Shown here: one piece after another, positions 29,966-45,290 of the stretch
How positions within the stretch are numbered: position 1 is the stretch's first letter
Layout: each line of letters opens with the position of its first letter
NCBI GenBank assembly: GCA_012295275.1
Contig: CM022673.1
Location: forward strand, 24,304,001-24,368,000
Source: Chrysomallon squamiferum
Taxonomy: Eukaryota; Animalia; Mollusca
Reading direction: 5' to 3'
DNA: 64,000 bases
Notes under the pieces: generated by a model
What the model was told of the DNA's origin: nothing
The model's input: the letters and a program-made list of their open reading frames with translations, nothing else
The model's database searches: none
Made by a program: the position numbers and the translations under genes

Positions 29966-32900
29966 CTGTAGAAGATAAAAAAAAAGACATCTAAATCTGT
30001 TTAAATTAAATTAAATCAAAAGAAAAATTAAAATGCCTACATATTTAAATATGAATAATTTCAAAACAATATAAAGAAAACACCTTTAAATAAGATGAAA
30101 AACAAACAAAGCAAAACAAAGCAAAAAAGTCATAAAATGCCTTCATTACCCAAAATACCCAACAGTAGTATTAAAAATTTCAACATCAAAATTTGCTGTA
30201 TATTTTAACCAAACAAAAACCACCTTATTCTTTTATTTATTTTAACATCAAAATCGGGTTTAATGAAAAATGTTAACAACTTTTAAAAGATGTCAAAGGT
30301 AAATACAAAGACACATACCCCAATCAGACTGAGTCCACTTGGCGCCTGTCTGAGTTTGAATGCACTCATACTAAGTATAGCAATGACTGGAATAAAAGCC
30401 ATCACCCAGCCAATGATGTTAGCCCAGAACGGGTAAACACGTCCTGCATACCTCATAGGTTTGTATTCAATCCAGTTGAAAAACAAAAGAAACTGAAAAA
30501 AAAAAAAAAAGTGAAATTAAATGAAAATAAATATAATAAATAAATTACTTTTTGAGTGTGAATTTAAATGAATCTAAAACTACTGCAGCAGTTAATAGTA
30601 GTTACTAAGAAAGTTTCATACAACAGTACATTTTCTGACATAATGCAACATTCATAAACTTAGTCTCCAGTGAAATTAAAAACAATGGTCAACAACATCT
30701 GTTACACTATCAAATCAAATGTTTTGTTTCAAAATCCAGTATATACAAGATAATATATTTTATATTAAGAAGTAAAAGAATTAAGTCTCTCTATACAATG
30801 CCAATAAACAGCACCAATGATGAATGTTTATAATAACTGTAAACTTACCAGCAGTGTTCCTGGAGTGAGGTATTTCCAAAAAGCTTTGAACCACAGTTTC
30901 CAGTGTCTGCCTCTCATTCCTATCATCTGCTCTATGTCATTGAGGAAACGATCAGCTCCTACAACAACAAAATTGTATTCATTTAGTCCTATTTATTCTT
31001 AAAAAATCTCTTAAATAAAATAATATAAATAAATAATTAAATGAATAAAAATAATTATTTTGTAAAGTTAATTACACATTTACAGAGAAAAATTGATCAA
31101 ACGTGTAAATGTCTAGTAGTAAAATATATTTTAGTAACATTATTAACAGAAATAATATATGCCTGCATAACTGGCAACATAACTTTTGATTAAAATTATA
31201 AAATTCCAGATTATAGAAAAAACTGAGCTAAAAATGTGATGGATGCACAAAATTACCATAAATCCAGCCTATAATGACACACTCCAATATGGCCATGAGA
31301 AACACAGACCAACTTGCAGCATACGTGTCCATCAGTTGTAGAATGTACATACCTCCCTGTAACACATACATTCCATTACTTAGTATTTCTATATTTCAAT
31401 ATTCTTAGTATTATCAGTGTCTATATTTTTATATTAATTTTAGTGTTATCAGTGTCTTTATTTTTATATTAATTTTAGTATTCTCAGTGTCTTTATTTTT
31501 TCATCTCATTAATCTTAGTATTATCAGTGTCTATTTTTACATTTCATTAATCTATACTATAGAGATCTTCAAAACACAGATGAACAAAATGGTGTAATTT
31601 TATTTCCTCTTAATAACTGAAAATCTGATTCTAAACATTTTATTTACTTGTTTAACAGTTTATATATTTTGCTTGTACTGTCTTGTTAATGTAATATTAC
31701 TGTTATTATTATAAAGTATTATTCAAGTCAAACGTACCTCTGAACAAATAACAAGTCCACCGAGGAAACCAAGGATACTGACAGTGAGTACCACCCAGGT
31801 TTTCTTCTGTCTGAACGGTGGGTAGGTGTCCTGTATAGCAGTCATCACAGTCTCCAACAGCGCAAACTAGTAACACAACAACTCAGTTAATACTGCACAC
31901 TCACAACAACTCACTTAATACTGGAATACTCAAAACAAATCAATCAATTCAGTGTTCAATAAAATAAATAAATAAAAAAAAAACTGACTTGATACTGGCA
32001 CACTCACAACAAATCAATCAATTCAATGTTCAATAAAATAAAATAAATAAATTTTAAAAAACTGACTCGACAGTAGAATGCTCACAAGCAATCAGTTTAT
32101 TCATAAGAAGATTAAAAAATATATATTTAAAAAAGTCTTGATACTGGAATACTTAGAAGAATGTGGCAAATTTTATCACTATTCAAAAATTCTTCAAGTT
32201 ACTCCAGTGTAATTAAGCACTGTAAATACTGTAATATTTTATAAAAGCATACACACACACCTCACTTCCCATGCCAAGGGTTATGAGCATGAAAAAGAAG
32301 AGAAAAGACCAGATTGGTGGAATTGGTAAACGTGTTACAACATCTGGAAACACTATGAAAGCCAAGCCAGGCCCTGCAAAAACAAACAGTAACAAATCAG
32401 ATAAACATTTCAACCATTTTCAAATCCGATTTCATTCAAGTTTTTTTTTATTTTTCTTAATTTTTTTAAATGTTTATTATTATTTTATTTTTTTATACTT
32501 TATCAGTATGAAAATGTAAGTAAATATTTAACTTTTAAAGAATCTGTGACATGAAAGTTGATCTCTTTAGATCAGTTTAATTGTATTTTACCACTGTGAA
32601 CTCAAGTTTAGAACTTAATGTAAATTAAGTATTAGATGACATGAAATTTGTGGGGGAAAAAAACTCTGAAAACTCAACAAAATACACACACACACACAAA
32701 GTCTGATCATGATAGGAAATCATAAATTATTAATCTTGTCTGAAATTAGTTACAATCATAATTTAAATCTTGATGATGTGACATTTTTTATAAATCTGTT
32801 TTTATAATGGAACAATTTTGTACCTTGTTCAACCACTTTGTCAACTGGCATGTCCAGTTCTGATGCCAAGTAGCCAACTATAGAGAATATAACAAACCCA

Positions 32901-35900
32901 GCAAATATACTTGTACATATATTACCAATAGACACAATCAACGAGTCTCTGAAAACAAAAACAAACTAATGTTAATCATTTACAATAATGCATTTACATT
33001 AACAAAGCAAATAAAATGTATTCTAAATTTAAATATATACCTTTATAAATTAATAGAATTGATACAAAAATGTATTATTAAAAATGAGTGTGTATGTGAA
33101 TGAATATATATATTATTTGATCGTAAGTATTAAAACAATACAAACATAATTATGTGTTAACTTAACTTTTTTCTCTCTCTCTCTAAATATTATTATTATT
33201 GAAATTTTATTTTTTATTTTGTCAGTATATATTTTCAAAAATAAACTTGCAATGTCGTACTTAAAACAGTTGTTATGGAATTTGTTGTAACTTGACAAGG
33301 TGATCAAACCTCCCCAAGCTGGACTGAGAGCAAAGAAAATTTGTACTGCTGCATCTACCCATGTCTTGAAAAATAAAATATATACCATTTTATAAATTAC
33401 AATTATTATTTTTAATTATTTCTGTTTAGCCTTTCTTTGGAGTAAATAAAAAGAAAGAAATTATTTTTAAAATATAAAAACATTAGAAAGTATAAAAAAA
33501 AAAAAAAAAAAATATTTATTGTTTTATAAAAATTAGCAAGACCAAGTTTTTTTTTAAAATCACTTTGTATTAAAATTTATTATCTCTCTGATAAATTTTT
33601 TTAATATAAAAAAACTCATTAATATAAATATAAATCTTAAACTTATTTTATTAGTAAGAATATACATCCTGAAAAAACAAACAAACCAAATAAATAATAA
33701 TAATAACAGTAATAATAACAATAACAATAACAATAACTGTAACAACAACAATAACAATAATAAGTAAATAATAACAATAACAATAATAATTGTAACAGCA
33801 ACAACAATAATAACAATAATAAGAAAAGTATAAGAATTCTTTTTTTTACCTGGGCTGTTGTCAGCTTGTTGAAATCTGGTGTTACATAGTAAATTATTCC
33901 ATCAAGAGCTCCTGGCAGAGTGACTCCTCGGAAAAACAGAATTGTCAGAACAAAGTAAGGAAACAGAGCCGTGAAGTAGACAACCTGAAACAGTCAAAAT
34001 ATCAGTGTTTATTAACCTCTTCATCATCATCATCATCATCACAAATATTACTATCATCATCATTATCTGTGAACTCTGTGTAAACCGACACCATTTCAAA
34101 GTTAATCTATTATGAACAAAACTTTCACTAATCTGGATGCTGTCTAATTCTCATACCAGGTGTAAATTCCATAACAAAAGAACAATTTATATAGTAATTA
34201 GCACTTACATTGTTAACAATGGCACACAGTATGCAAGAACAATCACTCTTAAACAATGATGGCAATTGCACTTAATTAGAGTATCACGTACTCAAGATGA
34301 AATGATCACTTTTTGAAGGCTTCAAAAACAATGATGCCATGCTTCTTGTACTTAATTACTATCTGCAGCTAAATTAATAAAATTATTATTATATTGATAC
34401 ATAAATGAATTAACTCATTTAGATTCAGTGTCATAAGCAGAAGCCTGCATAAATACATATGGAGCACATTTTGCTTTGTCTTACTGAATTTGAAATAATA
34501 GCAGAGGCATCACTTGTTTAAGAAACTGAATTACAGTGAAAATAATTTAGTTATATATTTATATAAGAAAATAAAAAATATTAATAAAATATACATACGA
34601 ACAATGAGAACACAAGACAGTATCAACAAAACAAACAGTAATCACCTTTCCAACAGATTTAACTCCTCGGCTTAGTGCAAAGAATGTCAGTGTCCACGCA
34701 AACAGCAAACACAGAGCTATCTGCCACTTTATTGTCCCCATCTCATGAATTCCTTCTGATATCTCTAGTATGTGTTTTCTGTCAATACAAACATAGACAC
34801 ATTAATTTCAATAAGATATCTCTAGTATGTGTTTTCTGAAAACATAACAGACACATTAATTTCAATAACATATTTCTAGTATGTGTTTTCTGAAAACATA
34901 ACAGACACATTAATTTCAATAACATATTTCTAGTATGTATTTTCTGAAAACAATATAACAGACACAATTTCAATAAGATATCTGTCAATACAACATAGAC
35001 ATTAATTTCAATAACATATCTCTAGTATGTGGACTTCATAAAAATGTTATATTCAAATCTGAGTATTTAAATGGAATACAGGATTACAAAAAATTACTTT
35101 ACAAGTTCTAAATTCTGATTCAATATTAACAGCACCATCAAAAAACCCCACATAAATAATAATTATAGTAATAATTAATAAATAATAATAAAAAAAAATT
35201 CTTTGATAATATGTTGAAATACGTCACAAAACATTTACATTCATTACAAACAAAAAAAATAAAATTTTACTATAAAAAATACTTTGTTAATGTGCTCAGA
35301 TGTCACTTAACATTTATTCACACACAAAAATTATCTGTTATAAACAATATGAATAATAAAATGAAGTGAAACTCACTCAAAAAAGTCTTGTGCTGGTGCA
35401 TGTCTGTCTGACTTTATGTGCGTCATTGCAGTGAGGTTCATCTCAGTGACCATAGTAGCGTTGTAGCAGACAGTCTTGTAATAGAACGATCCATTCATGT
35501 TCTGACACTCTTCAGCATCCTGGTATGAATAACAGTCTGCAGAAAGCAAAACCACACTTTAATTCAGTGCATTCACCAAGTCACTGATGTAAACCAGATT
35601 TGGTTCCATTTCACTGCATTGTATTTTCACCAAAAAGTGAATTTCTTATTTATTTATATTTTCAAATTTGTGTACAAGTTTATTATATCAGACATTAAAC
35701 TACAAACGCGAGGATACACAGTTTTGACAACTTACTGTTCGTTGCCCATGGTTTAATGCAGCGTTGCCATGGAAGCTCTGATGTGAAGGAAGTGAACATG
35801 TAGAGGATTGCCCAGGCAATGATGACTGTGTAGTAGAGAGATACGAGAGCAGACACAGCAATCATGCCATAACCAAGTCCTGAAAAGAACAAAAAAATTC

Positions 35901-37639
35901 AGCTTTAACTCAAACCACACTTGCTTTCCTAATGACATTCAGATGTGTTCATTTCAAACAATGAAAGCTGTTGTAGCTGCAGAATTCTTTTTGTTATAAG
36001 TTTAACATAATTAAAACAAAATTTAAATAAATCATAATTCAATCGAAAGCACAAATCAACAAATCAACAAAAATGCCCTACATTAAGTAATTCCTAACAA
36101 ACTCCTTGCTTTCGAAAATCAACAAAAAACATTATTTAACAATGATACAAAACAGATCAACACTAACCATAAAACAATGGACAGATCCTTTCGAAAATTG
36201 CAGCAGGGCCAAGTGCTGCAAACTGTCCGAAGGCCAGCTCCATGAACATCATTGGCATCCCAATGAGAAACAACATAATAATGAAGGGAAACAAGAATGC
36301 GCCACCCCCATTGCTGTAACAGAGGTAGGGGAAGCGCCAGACATTCCCCAGCCCCACAGAGTAGCCGAGGAGTGACATAAGAAAGTCAAAACGTCCTGTC
36401 CAGTTTCCTCGAGTGTCTGGCTCCTCAATGTTCCCAACAAGGTCATCGTCGAGGGGGGTGAGAACAGCAGTACTGGACACATCCTGGACAAGCTGTTCAT
36501 TAGGATTCTGGTTAAAAATAGAAATTAAAAATAATAAATAATAATAATAAGATGAAAAGAAATATGGTGAGATTATTTTAACTTGTTTTGATAGAGTTAT
36601 GAGAGACGTAAAAGAAGGTAAAGAAGAGATAAAAGATATTCAGGTTATGCTTCACTTGTTAAAGAAATGTTTATATCACAAATATTTGTAGATCATTCAT
36701 TTAAAGAATGAAATGTTATGTGAACTGAAGATTTTTGTTTTCAGTTTTCAGTTTGTGTTTGTTCTGTTCTGCAGTAAATAAAACATATTTATTAGTAAAC
36801 AAAAACATTTACATTTCAAGTATTTTCAATTGTAAACTGAAAACTGCATATATATTTTTTTTAATAATTAATTAACTGAAAAAGAATAAAGAAACGAAAA
36901 GATATTAAAAACAGTATTGGCTAACAAACAGTTTAAACCTAACAAGGTTAGTAATTAGCTAAGTGACACATTCTCACCAATGTAGTAAACATTTAAAAGA
37001 AAACAAAAACAATTTAAAAATTAAATTATACAAAATATAGCAGAAGGGCACTAAAGTTAAACAGAAATGTTACTTATTTAATTTCTAAATATAAAATGTC
37101 AAAATTAAAAAAAAAAAATTTCATTATTTTTATATTTTAGTTTTCATAACCTTTATTAATTAGCATGTAAATAAAATAATTTTGATTAATTAGCAGAAAA
37201 TAATTATGCAAATTACACTAACCTGTAAAAGACTTATTTATAGACATATGTTGACGAACAGATATATTAATTTTTTTTAAATAACAACAACAACAAAACT
37301 GTAAGAATTAAAATAACTGGCTTTAAGAAAATAAACTGTACATCATATTCTGTGTTGTAACACAAGTATACAGGAACTGAACAAAGAGAAAAAAACATTT
37401 TAACAACAAAAAACCCTAAAAAATTGTTTCTTCATCCTGTTAGAGAAACAAGAAATGATGCTATCTGGAAAACAAAAATAGACTGCTCTGCTATCATTTT
37501 CTTTATATCACACCTATTTACATCACTCTCTCTGATGTTATTTCCAGACATTCCACAAAGCATTGTCTAAACTAGAAGTATCAAGTTTAGTTAGATGTTG
37601 AAAGCTGTGTGTTTGTATGTAACACACATACACAAGCAG

Positions 37640-37679
<40 letters not shown>

Positions 37680-39742
37680 CAAATTACACAAGATTCCTTT
37701 TTCTCAAATATCACTGCATCTCAAAACAAACTGAGTTTCAGCTATTTACTTTATCTCTGAACATAAACATACATATGTCATTTCAAGTAACATGGGAGAG
37801 AACATTATATTTATTATAAAGTCAGATAAGGCAAATAATTTTTTTGTTTTTTAAATTTAAATAAAAACATTAAAATTACTGTTTTGTCTGAAATAGTACT
37901 AAATATCATTTATCCTACTGAATCAATAAATATTTTAATAAATAGAAATTATTTACATATATGATAAAAATGGGATACACTTTCATTATTAATATTAGGT
38001 ATCCAAAGAAATGATAATATCCACTATCCACTGAAATGACTGCATTTAATGAAAAATAATTAAAACAGGAATTAAGTCTGTGAGCAGACATCCTTGAAGC
38101 AACCATCTTGTTATTTTAATTTTAAACTTTCTGTTTTCACTTTCTTCCTTCCGTAAATATAAAACATGACAACAGAAACAGATGTTGAATATACTAATAT
38201 TACATATATTTACAAATACAGTCATCACTGAAAGTATATACTGCTTACATTACGAACGTCAGACTGAGGAATATTAGTTCACGCATGAAAGAAGTGTTTC
38301 TTCACTCATGACCTTGCACTGAGAAAATCAATAAACATTAAGAAGCCTATAAACACTGACAGACAGAGAAAAAAATTTAATTTTCTAAACAAAATTAAAA
38401 ACAAAAAAGTATTAGACATTTCCTAAGATTTCTGTTAATTGTTATGAATCAGAAAAACTGTTCATTAAGTTAATGATCTGGAATAAATTTTGAAAAAAAT
38501 TTACTAATAGAAAAAGATGTTATCACATCTACATGATGCAAGAATCACATCTAGGAAAAGCTCAGTAATTAATGTTTCTGTATTATATGGTTTGTTTATA
38601 TAGTTTGTTACATCACTGTTAACATTTGAAATCAAACTATGCCTGGTAACAGCACCTTCACTACATTACAATAATTTTAACATAAAAATACAAAGACCTA
38701 ACTTTACATGTAAAAAGCTACATCAAGAAATATATGTACCTATAAAAACAATATTCCATTAATTTCTTACAGTATCATACAACTATCCATTTCCAACAAT
38801 CAACCTTTTTTTCTTTTAATTATGAATAAAATGTGTATTATAAATGTGTGCTATATTTTGTTGGCGGAGAATATTGGTTTGCTTGTTTATTTTGTTTCTG
38901 CACTGTATACTGTATTTTCTTTCTTGTTAACGTTACAGGTGATGTGAGACAGATATCAAAGAAAGGAATGTTGACCACAAATTAAGGATGTTTAATCTTA
39001 ACTGATATATAATTTATACATAATTACAGAAGATACTTGCCCTGTCCTGTCTTGTTAATTATTAATCAGAGGTGGGATTATAATGATTCTATTTTAACAC
39101 TAAACAACAATCAGTGAATTATTCAGACATCTTCATGGTTTCTTACTTCTAACATTCACCTAAGTAATATTGTTATTAGCATCACTATTAAAGTGTAGAA
39201 AATGAGTTAATTTTTTTACAGATTATCTTTGACAAGATAAGTGGTTGTTAAGCTGCTGAAAGGTTTCTACGTAATTTTTTGTTTATAAATCGGCATATTC
39301 TTGGTTTTGTTTTTGAGCATTCAGACCAATAACATTGCATGGATATTTATTTTTTTATTTTCAGCTGATTAAAAATACTTCTGCATGAAATACTGACTTA
39401 TTGATCATATCACAGTGCGCTCATCATTAAAACAATTTTAATTATCTACACAGGAAAATCAATCTTGCTTGTTTGTTTCAATGGCTGCTTAGATTTCTGC
39501 CATTAACATGCTAATCAAACTCTATTTTCTGCAACAGATACATTTTCTTCTTAATTTTCCAGTATTACCTTTTAGAATTTTATTAACATTCTTACCTCTG
39601 ATAAAATATCATGATGTGCATAAAATTACATTTTCATAATTTCAAAAATTTTAATCTTCTCTACATACATAATTTTAATGGGGTGAATTATTATTTATCT
39701 GTTTTCATTACACTGATAAATAAAATGATGTGGTTGTTCAAA

Positions 39743-39786
<44 letters not shown>

Positions 39787-40371
39787 ATTAATAATGTTAA
39801 CTGAATTTGCTGCCTATCTCTAACACATCACATTAATCAAAATGATATGGACAATAATGAATATAAAAGTGTCTATATAATTTATAGATTATCTCTCTTA
39901 TTGTTCATAAATACAGGTATCAGTTTTCACTAGGTTTTGTTTCCAACATCAGTGACTTTGCTCAGCTGAATCTGTCAAAAACAGGAAACTCAAATCATTT
40001 TTATTAACAAAATACTGATCTGAAGTACAAACAGGTTTCTTACATTGATTTTACTCAAAATATCACACACATGCATGCACACACACACACACACACACAG
40101 ACAGAGACACACACATACTGGATCAAACTGGCATGAAGGCCACATATAACAGATGTTTGTAGAGTGACTGACAGAAATAGTGTACATTCAGCACTGAAAG
40201 CTTTGAGCTGGTTGTTAGACTGAATGTTTTGCATGGCAGCTCTAATGAAAAATATTAATGAAACCGTTAATCCTGAACTGAATCGAGAACAGCCCAGCTA
40301 ATTCAGGTCGAAACTGTGTAGAGCACAGATCTGGTTTATCACATCACTCAACAGGTAAAACAAAAATATCT

Positions 40372-40420
<49 letters not shown>

Positions 40421-40472
40421 CATTTTTAATTTCAAAATTCAGTAATAATAATCTTCTTTTTTTTTTTTTAAA

Positions 40473-40528
<56 letters not shown>

Positions 40529-41654
40529 GTTATTGTTATTGTTATTGTTATTGTTATTGTTATTGTTATTATTATTATTATTTTTATTTTGAAAAAACAA
40601 AACAAAAAATAATATTTTTATCCAGCTCATCTGAAAGTTCAAAAATGTGGACAGATGCCAGGTATTCTAAGTGAAAATGAATTGTCCAAACATAACAAAC
40701 ATAACTGCAAAAAAGTATGGGCAATAAGAAATGGCAGAAACAAAACAAAAAAAAATACGCTAAATGTCAGACTATCATGATGCAACAAGCTTGTTCTAGA
40801 ACAAACCAGGTAATTCCTCCTTCAACAAGTATGCACCAGCAATGTGTGAATGTTTGGAATCCAGACAGTGCAGGAGCACATACACATGTAAGGATAAAGA
40901 ATGGAATGATGTACAGTGTGATGACACAATCAGTTTTTCAAAACTCTTGCTTCTCGAGCTTTGTACAGTTTTAACAGCAAATGATCCATCAAGTTTTATT
41001 GAAAAATGTATCGTGTCAGACAAACATACTTAAAAAAGTGTTTGTTTTTTCTGATCAAGAATCAGATTTTTATTACTGAACTGCATTCTGTTATGAAACT
41101 CTTCAGGTCTTTTTTAATAAACATTAAATTTTTTAATAAACGTTAAATTTTTTAACATCATGCGTACTATCAGATCGGTTTTATTCTAATTTGCTTGACA
41201 GGAAAGTGAATGTGATGAAGATCTCACAATCTTTGTGCAGTATGGAATTGTCTCACACATCCAATCCTGCAGAAAATGAAAAAATCTAAGAGATACCTCT
41301 TCATCATCTACTTCTTCAGACATCTAATTCAGCCATGTATAATCTTCATTTATTATTTATGAAGTTAAACATTAGAATCTAATAAATAAATAAATAAATA
41401 AATAAATGCAATATTACATTAAAACTAATTTTTAAACTATTCATTGGTTATGATTTATTAAGTATAAAATATTTTTAATTTACAAAATTATGTATTAGTA
41501 TGCTTTTTAATAACCCCCAAAAATAAATGTTGTATTAAAACTAATTTTGAAACTGAATACTAGACATGCTAAATGCTTTATGGTGAATGTAAAGTTAAAT
41601 ACATGTTACTTGAACAGATATTCAGAAAGTAGATTGTTACATTTAGAGAATTTC

Positions 41655-41687
<33 letters not shown>

Positions 41688-42745
41688 TAAATAAAATAAT
41701 TTATATTCTCAGTAAATGAAATAATAATAATTACTACAGAAGTTTTCAAATGATATATTTCTCAGTGAATGATGAATGGTGATAAAATAAGAAAATCAAG
41801 CTGGCACTAGAACAAGCAGATACAGACATGAAAGGAAAGAGAAAAGAAAGGGAAATAACCTCAGGTTCTATGGTGTTTTCAGGATAATCTTGCTTGTACC
41901 ATGTCACGCCCCAATTTCCAGGCTTATCACTGGGCTGAGCATTGCCCTGGTACTTCTCAGTGCCTCTCTGAAAAACAGGGAAAAGCAAACACATACACAA
42001 ACACACCCAAAAAGCACCAACAAAATCAACAACAGTATCTACAAAATGTGTCAGCACAGCCATTTTTGAAAAAATAATATAATAATTTTTAAATATATTT
42101 TTTTGGTTAATTACTATATGACTTTAAATAATAATAATACTAGAAAATTGAACAAATGTTATAGAGATATTACACTCAGTTTGAAGATAATAAATAATTT
42201 ATCTGAATTAAAAAGAAACATTTATCCAAATTCCCAACAGTTTTTTCTTCAGTTTTAAAAATCACCAAACAAATTTATGTCCATAAAAATAATTATATTA
42301 ATAAAACTATCAATTATTTCACAATTTATCTCATAAATATCAGAATAACAATATTGTACATTTTTTATTTTATAATTATTATTATTTTTTTTTTTTGATA
42401 TTTATAAAATAATTTTAAAATTAAAATCTGAAATATTATAAAATAAAATTTCTGCTTCTGGAGTTTTCTAATGCATGGCCTTGTGCTAACACACTGAAAT
42501 GCTAATATCACAATGCAAACCCAACCACCTAGAAATAACAAAATAAAAATTTAAATAATCCTATTAAAACATGCTAATAAATAAATGTAAACTGGCACAC
42601 CACACAGAAACCCTTTGCTGAATTCCAACAGAAGTATATACATATGTATCAAAACTGTTGTTAAAAATTATTAAAACACCAACAAAAATTAACACGCAAA
42701 CTAAATTATATTCAGGGATTCAATAATAATAATAATAATAATAAT

Positions 42746-42821
<76 letters not shown>

Positions 42822-45254
42822 GAATATAAAAAAACTCAAAAACATATGCAAGATAAATGAAAAAAATTAAAAATTAAAAAAATTAATGATGAATGAACTA
42901 TATTTTGCAAAATAGCCCAAACTATAACAGCCCACACATTTATGTCTGTTAATATTAACATGTCTGCACTCGTAAAAATTTTATTTCTGTTTTATGGCTG
43001 GGCTAGTTTCGCATGCACTTGTACAAATATATGGAAAATGGATGATTGTTAATGCTGAGGAGATTTATCATTCCACATAATAAGAAATAAAATAAGAAAA
43101 CAAAAAGAAACTCTGACAGCTTTTAAATGATTTATTGAAGGTCACAAACGCAGACACAACACATTTTATTATGTGAACAAAAACAAGTACAAAACGATTA
43201 ACATTACACCAAACAAAAGTCATTCACCTTTATGTTTGATTACATGATCTGACATATCTCATGTATTCATTAATAAAAAAGATTAAAAAATAATTTTAAA
43301 AATATCCACCGTGAAAACTGATCTGTGATCGTGAATTGCAGTGAATTTTTAACATTTACTCCGACTCCATACATAAAACATTGTTGATAGCCTATAACTC
43401 TAATTAATACCAAGGCTGCTAGAAAATTCAGTTTCATTAAATATGTAATGTTCAGTATGTCCACAATGTAATATTTTTGTTTTTCTCATTCATGAAATGT
43501 AATAGCAACATTCTTTTCATTTCAGAGCAATCATTTTTTTCTGTTAACTGTAACAACATTACATAACGTTACAAAACGACTCTATCTCCAGGGTGTAAAT
43601 TAAAAACCATGTAAGAAATTGTTTTTAATATCCCCCAGTGTCAAACAATAGGCGACTAAACCAGTTACCAATATCTGTGATTAGCTTTAACCTTCTGGGC
43701 ACAAGTTGTGTATAGTAGAACAAAAAATTGGAACTCTGCCAGTATTTGTCTTTTCAACAGACACAATAACCAGAACAGTACTGACCTCTCCCACATGGAA
43801 GGAACAAGGTGTATGGGGGGGTGCCAGTCTGGAACTGTTCTAAACAGGCAGATAAACAGACCATTTTGACCAACTACGCAGGTAAACAGAGAGATCAGTC
43901 TGTGAAAAAAAAATACACACTGCTGTGGGTCAACTGCAGAAAATGTGAAAATGTATTCTTGCTGAAGAGAGAATCCAATCAATAAGAATGCTGCGGAGAA
44001 AGTGAGGTCAGACAAGATGGTAACACTGACACAGCAGAATGTCTGTCAGTAAGTCAGAGAGGAAACCTCCTAGTCAGAATGAGTCTGTCACACTGTTACA
44101 CTGGTACAGTCGCATTCAACTATCTTTCCAGTTGTTTTAACATACATAAAAAGTTAAGCATTTATTATATTCAATAAAAAAAAGAAGAAAGTAAACTGTC
44201 AAACAGAAGTGTTTATTATCAGTGATGAGAAATACTACGAATAATGATTTGTAACACAACACCAAAATAAACAACCGTATTACAACAATTAAAACTTTGA
44301 AGAAGGGGGTTTTTAACAGTTTGAAATTCTACTATTAAATATGTTGTTAATTTACGACTTCACACTGTTAGGGATGTGACACAAACACTGATTACCTTGC
44401 CTACAGAGTCACTGGTCTCTAAGAGAGGGAGGGTTACTGTAACATCAGGTATACTTCTCTTTGATCTCCTCTCTAACGGGTACCGCTCAGCAGCACCAAT
44501 GACACCTTCGCTCCGAGCTCGTCCTCTGCGAAATTTCCTCAGATCCATTTTTAACACATAATTTTACACAGCTACACACAGTAGTTACTGTTCATGCAAC
44601 TGATATTCCATTTACGACATTGTAAATACCACTGAATGAAAATAGTTTGAAGATAGTGTCTGCCCACTAGAGTTTGTTGAACTGTATGTGATGTGATGGC
44701 TGAGATTGGCTTATAAAGTTTGTTGTTTTTTCAAAACGCTAATAAAACAAACACAATGGTGTAACGAACCATTTGGCAAGAACTCAAATCAAATTACCGA
44801 AAAATTGATTTCACAGATTAGAGTACAGACCTTCAAATGAAATACTCTATTCAGTGCCAATAATTATCAGACTGTCATAACAAACAGTGGTCAAACAGGG
44901 ACATGTTATCAAGTGTCAGGTTATTACCATTTCACAATGTATTATCTTAAAATGAATGGGAAGCTTATCTGTGTATACCCCACAAAATTCTGTACCATGT
45001 CCAATATTAAATTTGAAAACAATGATGAAACAGTATTACCTGACATGGCTGAAAAATAAAGTAAGTCAAACAATTTCAAAATCTTTATTTGCTTGAACAC
45101 CAAAGAAAAAAACAACAACAACAACAACAACAACAAAAAAAACTATTTATCATCTAGGTAGAAAAATTAATTGAAGATTTCCAAAAAGGATATCACCATC
45201 AATGAAATGGATTCATGTTTTTCAAAAACAATTTCACTGTATGCTAAAAAAAAA

Positions 45255-45290
<36 letters not shown>

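Noticed and set aside
37217-37230. Minus-strand TTTTACAG|GTTAGT resembling a recursive splice site
   Set aside because: The intron is only 5-11 kb, and a single such motif is expected by chance in AT-rich sequence.
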